Source of the DNA: Klebsormidium nitens
Lineage: Eukaryota > Plantae > Klebsormidiophyceae
Assembly: GCA_000708835.1 (NCBI GenBank)
Contig: DF236950.1
Span: 36,075-100,074 of the forward strand
DNA: 64,000 bases
Reading direction: 5' to 3'
The notes under the pieces are model-generated. The model was not told the origin of the DNA, ran no database searches, and saw only the letters and a program-made list of their open reading frames with translations. The translations under genes were made by a program, and so were the position numbers. The first letter of the stretch is position 1. The number at the start of each line of letters is the position of its first letter. Shown here one piece after another: positions 1 to 10,291 of this stretch.

Positions 1-625
1 TACCAGCATTTGTTTTTGGCAGTCTGTACATAAACTGAACGGTGTATATGCATGAACTAGTGATGTGCCACTTGCTTGTAAGCAGTTGAATTGAAGGGAA
101 GTTTGAATGTTTTCGATAACGCTCACTGATATCAAATGATACATGTATGTGTATGTGTGTTGCTTGTCAGCCTTAGGTATGTCAGTAAACCCAATGGAAC
201 ACGCAAATGGATGAACGGACTAAGAGTCTGTAGAATGTCAGAAGTTGGTTGTCCTGCCAGTTGTCCTAAAAAGGCTCGCGCGCAGGCGACAAACTTAGCT
301 GCCACCCGGCCGCCGCGACCGACCTTAAGGTGGAGGTACTGCGCTCATATGCAATATAAGTGTGGGTGAAAGTAACAGTAGTAACCAATGTACACATTAG
401 CTATCTTTTAATCACCAGGGATACTTTATAAGGTTTTTTTCGCGGCGGTTACGGGAAAATGCAGTCACCCATTACAGGCGCTAAAATATACGGAAGAATT
501 TACCGTATGGTCATAAGCATCGCATGGTGGATGCGATGCTTGAACAGCAATGCTAAACAAAAAGTCCGACACCATATGTCAACGAATCAATGATGCAACC
601 ACGGACGTAAGTACAATCTAAAGGT

Positions 626-645
626 CCTAACCCTAAAACCCTAAA
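626..645. repeat. Interstitial telomere-like repeats (CCTAACCCTAAAACCCTAAA)
   Basis: Directly visible; includes one CCCTAAAA unit (the TTTTAGGG variant). Confidence 0.6.
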
Positions 646-1095
646 TACATATTATGGACTTCAGCCGTATTCACCCGGCGATACATTTCGAATTTTCAGA
701 AAGCTGCTGACGTCACTTTCGCGGCGACCACTGTCCGCTCGCGCCGGCCACACGTACGCTCACGGGCCCACGGTCGCGCTCATACGCTCATGACATAAAG
801 CTCATACATAACATAGACTCTTGTTCAACCCCCGAGTTGGACACTTGAGTCTTGAGATGTAGATCGGCGTGGAAATGGTCAAGAGGACCTCGTATGTCAC
901 CAGCTTATGGCAAGAGATCCAGACCTTGCGCTCGAGTGTTCCCCCTACCAGGGGAAGTTGGGTTGGAATGGAAGATCGCGCCAACTCCGAGATTCCGGCC
1001 TACCGCACTTAAAGTGCCCGGTTCACTCTCGAGATTCATAGCTATTAATGAAACCGGTCCCGTCATATAGTTCACCATCCCTTCTAAACCGTACG

Positions 1096-1269
1096 AATAT
1101 TGTAATTTATGGAGCGAGCGGACAATAGGACAGGATGGAAATGAGGATCTCGTGTCCTTGTCCCCTCTCATACTTGACCAGACTGTGACCTAGAACTGTA
1201 TCAATATTGTGATTTGTAGAGCGAATCGACAGGAGGACAGGACAGAGAGGATATTGTGCTTTCCTTGCC
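1096..1269. repeat. Degenerate tandem duplication, period about 107 bp
   Basis: aatattgtaatttatggagcgagcggacaataggacagga (1096) versus aatattgtgatttgtagagcgaatcgacaggaggacagga (1203). Confidence 0.6.
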
Positions 1270-3176
1270 ATTCAGAATCTATGTGAGACAAGGATACATG
1301 GGGCGCACCTTAGATACATACATGTTGGCAAGCTCGGACGAAATCCGAAAGAGTTTTACTATGATTTGTTATGATTTCTTTTTTTTCTGGGGAAGGAATT
1401 ATAACAACAGAAACGATTAAATATAGAGTTCCCTTTGCGATCCATTCGCCAATATATGTATGTCAGGCCATACCCCAAAAAATGCAATTTTGTAAATCTA
1501 ATTTTGATTGTTTGGAGAAGAAAATATAACAAGATTGGCAGTATGGAATTTTCTCCCTCGGATCCAATTGCTAATATGTATGTATGTAAGCCTGTGTACA
1601 GATGTAAGGCCATACCGGGAAACACACAACGTTGTTATGCACTCTTCGGAGAAAAAGGATTTTCCCTCCAAGTAAGGTAGTAATACTTCTTTGGTATCCA
1701 AGTGCCTGGGTTATCAAGTGGTCACTTGGGTCCGTACCGGCTCCGAGAGAGCCTTTCGACCCCTGGTACGACCCTCCCGGACAACATCACACCTTTGGGC
1801 TCTGGGGGTTATGACGTGGCGGCCTGTGAGTGGCCCAAATTTAACACCGAACTTTATTTGGCTTGCTGCCGCTTCAACCATGGCGCTGCGCCGCAACGGT
1901 CGGTTCCGCTGCCAAGAACTCCTAGAGTGTGCTTCCTGCCACCTTCCTGCACATGGCCGTCAATCAGATCTGCCAGTGCAATCCAAACTCAGGAAGCTGC
2001 TATTCACCAAAAGGAACAGTACTACAACGGGTATTAGCACTGGCAGCGCTGCTTAGCAACTTGCAAGGGCCATGACGCCACTCAAGCTGATCAAAAGGTG
2101 GCTGCCTGGCCGCCAGCTCTACAAACTCAGGGAAGCATTGTTTCCTCTTTCTCACTACCTACTGCTGACCTGACTGGCTCAGAGATGCTGTGAACTTGCA
2201 CTTGAGAGGGCCTAAACCTCACTGTCGGCACCCAGGTTCTTGCTATCTACCAGAATACAATTGCGAGAATTCTGACTGGCAAAAGTGCGGGGCTCTCAAA
2301 CCAAATGCAAAATGAGCTTTTGCCTTCTATAAGAGAAAACGGTATGCATCCAGTCATTGCCTGATTGCAATGCCTGATCGCAGCTCTGCTTTGTGGCATC
2401 TCAGGCTGCGATAACTTGCAATGCACTGGAAATGCTGATGCCTAGCAAGCCTACCACTCAAAGTTGTGCCCACACTAACCTCAAGACAAATCAACGGAAC
2501 GCTGATGTTGGTGCACGCATTGGCTAAGCGCTACCGTTTTGGATATGGCCAGTCTTGCGTGTCTCCTCCATTTAGCATACACGTTGGTTGAGAAAAGAAG
2601 TGCCAGGCATTGCTGCAATTCTTTCCGAATGAGGGTCTTCTTCATGCTCTGACCAATTGCCAACTTTGAAAGCGCTATTATTCTTGACCACCTTGGGTTT
2701 GCTCGAGGCTCTCATGCCAGGTCACGCCCAAGCAGCAAATCAGAGTTGCTCGCTATATCGTGGTACCTTTTTCTCCTCTACCGGAGGAGTTTTTTAATGG
2801 CCTACTAACCAACATCTCTTGACCCCTACACAGGCATGCACTGACATGGGCACAACCATGCCCTCTGGAGACCACGACGAAGGCTGCGGCAACTGCAGGC
2901 AACGCATGGGCTTCTGATATTGCCAAGTTGGAAGATGCCACCAAGCTACGCCAAGCAATAGCACAATCCAGCGCCCACAAATTAATAATATGTCTAGCAG
3001 TCAAACCCAAAGTCCAGCTCTTCGTCGTGTTAGTCTCCAGAGTCAGTTGCACGCCAGTTACAATAATGCAAACACATTGGGATGAGTATGGCATGTATCA
3101 TTAGTTTCAACTTTTTGCTTGTTGCATTTGTAGCTTTAGTATAGGAGTCTAGGAGATTGGACATGACTTGCAGCCG

Positions 3177-4335
3177 TAGCAAGCTGCAGAGTCAACTCAT
3201 TGTACCGTCCCGGTCTCACCGGCAGACTTTGCCCGATGGCTCTATGTGGCTCAGGGCGTTAATAAACCGTAAGTTACCATCCTCGACTCGGCAGTCCGCC
3301 GATACATTCTACCGTACATGCTGCCCACGACCGTAAGTCGCTTCTTGCACTTCTATGAACCAGGAGTCATCGTTTCTAACGTGTTCCCCATGATTCTGCA
3401 TTACAGGCATGAGCAATAAGCCCAAGCCCAAGCCCAAGCCTTTGGCAAAACTCCATACCATGGAGCAGAGGAGTCTGTTAAGCAATTATCCAGAAGGACT
3501 GACTCTTATTCGGTATGAAGCTTTGTCCATCTAAGTTTCTTGCCAACTGCAGCGCATCCTATTCTGGAACGGCCTCCCTCGATCGTCCTTTATTGCATGG
3601 TGCTAAAACGCGGGCCAGCATTCTGCCGTTCATTGTTGCATTGTTGAGCACCAGTGACAGCTGTCAGCAAATGACTTTCTATCCGTTGTACTACTTGGTG
3701 CACTGGATTCCGAGGTATGTGATAAGGTGCCCCGCCGGTTCCTTTTTCCCCTCATTGAAAAGATCCCCTAAGCTATGAAGTACGGGGCAGGGGTTTTTAA
3801 ATGGCCGGCCGGCGTGTTGCGTGTCACTACCTAGATCAAATCTCAGCAGAGTTCCGCAAGCCTCTACTGAGGACTCGCCTATGCGAGCTTCTTCCTATCC
3901 GCTCGGCCACCACGATCTCTAGACTACTGTCCACGTACGCCCATGGGTCTCGAATAAGTAGATGCCAAAGTCTAGTACGTCAGAGGTAGTTGGTACAGAG
4001 AACATGCAGCTGGTAGAGGCGTAGTCGAAGCTGAGCTAGAGACATGAGATAGCACTGAGGCACAAGGGACTAACACTCATACATGTATGCCATGAGGAGC
4101 CTCTGGCCTATAGGCTACGGCGAGTATATGAAAGTGACCATCGTTCAATGGCGGGGCCCGCCAGCCTTCATGTCTTTAGCTTATAGTATCGTATAACTAG
4201 TAAGATTTGCTAATATAGCAAGCTTCAGAGATGGTCAACTCATTGCATGTATTCCAGTCTCACCGGAGTGTTGTTCGATGGCTCAGCTGGCATGGCTCAG
4301 GGTTTATATGAGCTCAAGTGACCATGAATCGAACT
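3177..4335. repeat. Two diverged direct copies of an approx. 110 bp segment (3177 and 4216)
   Basis: Shared blocks tagcaagct(g/t)caga, gtcaactcattg, gtctcaccgg, cgatggctc, tggctcaggg and gt(t/g)accat in the same order. Confidence 0.7.
3418..3440. repeat. (AAGCCC)n hexamer tandem, about 4 units
   Basis: Directly visible. Confidence 0.8.
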
Positions 4336-6682
4336 CCTTGATGGAGTCGCGAGGTGCATGCCGGGATGCAATTTTGTAAGTCATGCCGCAGTGCATGCCA
4401 GCCACGCTGCAATGAAGCGACCGTAAATTATAGCACAACAAAGTGCATAACCATTAATGATTTTGTTATAATGGTTATACACGTGCTTGGTTGATCCATC
4501 TGCCAGTCTCACGCATCAACAGAATCGACTGACCTCAGAGACCTTCAATACCAGTTTCGATCGAGTCTTAACATGAGTAAAACACCACTTCCTCGATGCT
4601 GAACTAAAGCATCTTATTCTGTGGCGTCTAAATGGTGGATCAGCTTTGAAGTCCTCACCGTGTAAAGGTACTCTTCTAAAGTTGCAAGTTTCGGCTCCCT
4701 CCGTTCCTGGTGCCCAACAGTTGCTGTCTCGGCTTTTCAAGGCCCAGCTTGACGATATAAGTCTTTGCATCTTGTGAGCTCAATGAGTATACCCGTCATC
4801 TGTTCCAACATCGTTCAACGGCACTCTCCTCCCCCACGTTTCCCCATAGTATCTCCCCGGCGTGGGCGGCAGCTCAGCCTTCTGCACAAGGCACGTGACA
4901 GCGACAAAATGGTAAGCTAGAAGTTTATCTTCAACCACGGTGGAAAAGCCTTCATATTGTCATCCGCCTATACTAATAGGACAAGACCATAAACCAACAT
5001 GGGGCATCTGCTGGCAGTCTCCCGACAAGGCTCCTCAAACATTCTCACAAGCCTGCAACTTGGGGCCTGCCGAGTACTTTTGACGCACCTCCGCTTCAAT
5101 CGCTGCCATCTCCTTGGGGTCGAATTGGACAATACTCCTCGTTCGAGGCTGCCGTCGGCTGTCGCGCTCTGCCGTCAGAAATGCATTCAGATTACTCTGC
5201 TCGCAGCAAGAGAAGCGCTTCTACAGATTGCCTAAAAAGAATCAATTGTGAGCTCAATCTTCTGCAATCAGGGCTTTTCAACTGAATGCTTATTGCATGA
5301 AAATGATCAAAGGTTGCCAAGGAAAGTCTTCAACGCGTGAGTCAAGGCACTGCCACAAGATTTAGCTCTTCCTCTGCGCTCAGAATGTTGAGCTCACCGT
5401 AGTATTTGATATTGTACACGTGGTCAGGTTCTGAATGAGGGATGTAAACTCTCTTCGGAGCAGTCCTGGATGAATGAAGGATCCCTCTTCAGTGTGAGTC
5501 ACCCTATGCCTTTTTGGGACAGACCATTCAGGTTGGGTCATTTCCAATCAGTCTCAATCGGCAACATCTCATTCACACTTTCGCAGCCCCAGTCTGGTGA
5601 TTACAATCTCAATCAAAGCCAGCAGAAATGAGTCACAAATGAGTCACTGACTGTTTCAAACAAGACAAAAGTGGGCTTAACAAGTCCTACCCTAGTCGTA
5701 CCCTTTCAATATGCTGTATGCTGATTGGTGAAAGAATTGGATTACAAACAACAGATGCTTCTGATGCCAATGGTGGACATACCAATAATGCTGAAGATGC
5801 TTATTCAAATGCACTTCGTCGTCTACTCTAGACTTCAAGATCAGATGGCTCCAGAAAGGTCCCTAAAAGACCATCAAAAGTTTGCTTTGCAACAAACCTC
5901 CTGCGGAAAAAGCGTTTTTACAAGCCACCACCCAGATCCCTGAAGTTCACGAGTACACAATGCTCACCCAGGTCCCCACTTCCTGTACTCGCCAGCATCT
6001 GGAACTGACTCCAAGTATTCCTGACCCGCTGCTGGTCCTGTTATCTTCCAGGGAGGTTTGATCCGCAAAGACTTGGTGAGGTTGGATAGGAAACTGGTGG
6101 CTTTCTGCGCAGCCATGGCGCGTCTTGCTGACTCGGTTTGCCAGACACCACTTTCCGAGTGCTGTTTCAGCCTTCAACTTCTGAATCTCAGGCTTCACGA
6201 ATTACAGTTCACTGCTTCTTGCCAGAAAACCTGCGTGCATGTCAGTTTTATCAAAAGCTGTTGACAGTGATGTTCATACGACCCCCTGGCAGGGGATCAT
6301 AACCCCGTATTCAGAGAGGATTCCAATCATATAACCACCGGGGTATCCATTGAGCAGATCGTTGTGACGATATAGCCTATACGGGGAGTACCGTTTGTTA
6401 ATTGCAGAAGTTAATTCATCCAAAAGTGCATCGTCTCTTGTAAACTAGGCATCGAACCTATGCTTCAAGTACTCGGTTATGGCCATATAGGGAGGTACTT
6501 CCGAGCTTTTTCAAGGGGCACATTGACAAACAGTGAACACCAAGTACGTCTGGTGACCTTGAAACTTTGGTCGAAGGAGGTTTCTCTGCTGAGCAGCAGC
6601 TGCCTTGCAACGCCAATGGTGAGATTTTGAATCCTGATGGCCTGAAGGTTGAGATCGAGCTTTGGCGCGGGTTGAAGACAGG

Positions 6683-9096
6683 ATGTGGGCCGAGGACGAT
6701 TTGGAGGAGGTCGGGGGCCGCTGGGGTGCCAATGAGAGGAGCACTTCTGTACGGGCGCGGCCGCAGGAGTCGGCAGTCAGCGAGAAAGCCCGCCAGCAAT
6801 TGGGCAGTCGGGGCGCTGGCAATGGGGAGAAGGGGACCCATCAGGCGGAGAGAAGCCCCAGGGACAACGGAGGTAGAGCAGCACGCAGGGATGGAAGCAG
6901 ATACGATTACAGGGTTGACGATGACCACAAGTATGGAGGTGGCAGGCGAGGGCAGGGCAGCCCTGGCAGTGACAGGAGGGGCTCGCGGGGGGACATGCCG
7001 CGTGACTGGATCCCTGACCGGTTCAATCGGAGTGAGCAGGGCGGGAGGCCCAGGGAGGATGGGCTAGAAGCAAGGGAGGCATGGGGTGGCGGCCGTGGAC
7101 ATGATGGCCCGGTGCGCGGGGGCGGGCGCGGGCGCGGTCGGCGGGACGACTCCGGGACGGATGATTTGCCGGTGCTGTACTCCATCCACCGGGCGAGCGT
7201 GCAGTCGGTGCGGCCCTTTGGGCTGTTTGTCAAGCTGGAGGGCTACCGCAGGAACGGGCTGGTGTGAGTGCCGCACCACCGAATCCAACGGGCTGCACAA
7301 TTGAGCAATGGGTAGTCTTATTGCAGCATGATTCTCACGAGCTCACGTTTAAGAGCGGAACCCTCGTCTAACGAGTGCATGAATCATCACAGGCACAGCT
7401 AGGAAGCAATCGTGTGCACTTCTTGTGGTCCTTGATGGTGGTGGTGGCGCGCTGCGTGTCCACATGTTGCGCTGCCCGCTCGTCCCCTGCTGGTTGCGCC
7501 CCCGCTGTGAGGAGTGGTGTGTTGGGTGCAGGCATGTGACGCAGGTGTCGGACCACGAGGTGACGCGCAAGGACGACGCGGAGGACGCCAAGGTGGACGC
7601 ACTGCGCGGGGTGGCCACCGAGGGGGACCACGTCTGGGTCAAGGTGGGCATGCCCGCCCCAAGACAAGAGCACAACTGGTCTGAGGGGCATCGGCGAGAC
7701 CAAACCCCAGGAAAACCATGGAGCTTTCAGATTGAAGCGTCCCTGCATGACATTGACTAAGCGCGCTACCCGTCACGGCTGCACCGCTGATGTTCGACTG
7801 TGCACACAGGTGATCTCGCTGAAGGAGGGCGAGGGCGGCGGCGGCCCCAAGGTGGGCTGCTCTCTCAAGCTGGTGTCGCAAGCGGACGGGCGCGACCTGG
7901 ACGCCAACAATCTCATCCTGGACAAGCACGAGAGGAAGCCCGCCTGGCAGCAGCCACAAAAGTGAGCGCCGCACCGGCCCTCCCCGCAGGCGGGGGGACC
8001 CAAGGGCTGCGCCCGTGCCTGGGGTTGACAAGTCGTTGGAGCAACAAACCCAGGCACCGAGAGTATGGGAACCGCTGAACGCTTCCCCCAAGTTCAGATA
8101 AACGAGTGCCTGTGGGCCATCCCACCTCTTCGTTGGAACCTCGCTACAATCCTCTGGAGTTCCGTCCTTGATTGTCACGTCTTTGGCGTGCGTGCGCGCA
8201 GGCTGGAGCTGGGGGCGGTGCTGGCCGTGACGTGCACGCGGTGCGGGGGCCGCGGCCATCTCAAGACCGACTGCTACGCCGCACTTGACACGCACTACGA
8301 CCTACTGCCAGGCAAGGCTGTCGATCCAAGCTAGAGGCCTTCGATCGTGATGTTTCACAGCACGGCCTGGCCCTCTGCACCTGCCTGAGTCGTCAGCTTG
8401 GTGTAGTCGAAGCCGAGACATGCCCCATCATCAAAATGGATCACAGGACTCCGTTGAGACAGGTGACAGCTTGCCGTGAGCTCAGACCGCCAGCATGAAC
8501 CAGGCATGCCCTAAAAACTTGCGCTTGCTGATGCAGAAGAGGACGAGGCCGCTCTACCCACTGCCAGGCCAGGCGTTGGGGCGGCCGCTGCGGCAAGCAG
8601 GGGGCAGGGATCGGGGGCTAACGACGTTCCGCTGGGCCGGGGCCGGGGCATAACCCAGCCAGCCTGGATGACACAAAGCAGGCCGGAGGGCGGCCCCGTC
8701 ATCGGACAGCCAGTGAGAGAAGATCGAGGAGCGGCAGCCGTTTTACCCGCTCATATTGGCACTGTCGAGGAAGCTCTGGCGGTGATTGAAAAGTTGAAAA
8801 AGGAAAAGAAAGAGCGGAAAGCGGAGCGCAAAGAGCGGCAGAAAGCAAAAGAAAAGAGGAGGCGAAAACGAAGGAAAGGGGGCAGCAGCAATGAGAGCGA
8901 GAGCGAGAGCGAAAGCGAGAGTGAACGGAGGAGGAGGAAGAGGAGAAGGAAAGAAAGAAGAGAACGCAAAAGGAAGCAACAAGAGGGGTCTGAGAGTGCT
9001 AGTGACAGCGGCAGCGGTGAGTCCTGTGGAAAGAACGAGCGAGGACAGAAGCATGAAGGCAGGGGCCGGAGTCGCAAGAAAAGCATGGATGGCTGA
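6683..9096 (+). CDS. ZCCHC17: Nucleolar protein of 40 kDa (pNO40/ZCCHC17)-like: S1 RNA-binding domain, CCHC zinc knuckle, K/R/E/S-rich tail; 5 exons
   Basis: Exons approx. 6683-7263, 7532-7643, 7810-7961, 8202-8311, 8537-9096 join in frame to give LPVLYSIHRASVQSVRPFGLFVKLEGYRRNGLVHVTQVSD...GDHVWVKVIS...KVGCSLKLVSQADGRDLDANN (S1 domain in the pNO40 pattern), ELGAVLAVTCTRCGGRGHLKTDCY (C-x2-C-x4-H-x4-C) and YDLLPEEDE, then a basic/acidic tail. The start ATG is uncertain; intron 4 needs a GC donor. Confidence 0.9.
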
Positions 9097-9300
9097 TTAA
9101 CTAAACCGACGATGCGAGTCGACTCGCATGCAGCGAGCGTCACGATCATTCGAAAAGCCGTGTTTACGTGGGCCAAGGGCCGTGAGGGGCCGTATGTTCG
9201 CATATACATAAGCAACTAGTGGGACGATCCATCCCAAGCCTGGTCTCCGAAGCCGATGTCGTATACCTTCCATTGATGCTAGATCAAGCGTCATGTTTGA

Positions 9301-9730
9301 ACGTTCCAACATGCCCTAGCTGGCACTGGCCGCCCCATGCAACTCATGTGACGTGTTGGCTCCTATCATAGACCGCACTTGCTTTGCATGTACGTTCTGA
9401 TTTGAAACTTTTAAGTCTGATTGTGGACGATCATATTCTATCGCGCCGGCTCATGTAGATATTTCTCGCATGCAACTGCATGAAGCTCATCGGACAGCTG
9501 CGGCGGCGGAAACAACCGCCTTTGTCTGTGCGATCTAGAGCTGCATGCAGTTCAATGCTCATGACGGTCATGCGTACTGCACATGCCAGAATCATGATTC
9601 AATACAAATTGCAATCCAACTCAATGATCATTCAGTTTACTTCATCTTGTATGGTAACCGTCATGCATGTACGTACCGAGCTCCGGCACTCAAGTGCAAC
9701 TGAACGAAGGCCGGCCCGTTGAACATGCGC
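9301..9730. repeat. CATG/TGCA-rich intergenic island (probable decayed repeat); similar islands at 15860-16340, 34200-34890, 49380-49900 and 63870-64000
   Basis: By-eye count of about 15 CATG in about 430 bp, where roughly 2 are expected at random. Confidence 0.5.
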
Positions 9731-10291
9731 AAGAGATCTGACGATCGAGATCAAGCAGATGGTCTCTCTGGACTCGCGAAGCATATACTAGCTGTACGTG
9801 TTTCAATCTATCTAGCTAGCACTGCAATCACGGGACTGCATCAAACGCCGCACGAATCAAGGAAACATATCGTATCTATTATATTGTGCGAGTGTGCTAG
9901 TGTTGCGTATCATTCCACTTCGCTTCTCACTCGGCCGTACGAGTCTCCTAACTCACGTACTAGCTTTCGAAGAAGTGTCTATTTGCCGATCCGTATATTC
10001 TCTGTGCGACTTTTACATCCCCCATACACCCTTTCTCAAAGGTATCACCACGCGTGCCCCTCACTATACACGTATCTACATATCATTCTTGCGCGCCTGC
10101 GCTCCCCATTAAGCCTCCTCTGCTTTTCCTCCCCGGGCCACGACTCCCCCCCTCTCATGCATCCTGGGGGGCCTGCCCGCGTGCTCTTTCTAGCCCTCCC
10201 CCGCCAGGAGCGGCTCTGTGGGCAGGCCCGCCAGGCTGGCCCGGTCGACGCCCATGCCTGAACGGATGGAGAGAGGGAGCCTGAGCACACG

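Larger units (their letters stand above)
1..6400. other. Gene-poor region of degenerate, probably transposon- or pseudogene-derived sequence; no intact recognisable gene
   Basis: Only short ORFs lacking the GC3 bias of the real exons, plus local duplications and hairpins. Origin is inferred, not identified. Confidence 0.4.

Noticed and set aside
1795-1815. LGSGGY resembling a kinase glycine loop
   Set aside because: No following VAxK, HRD or DFG motifs in any frame.
8893-8925. (GAGAGC)n microsatellite-like run
   Set aside because: It encodes the ESESES tract of the pNO40-like tail.
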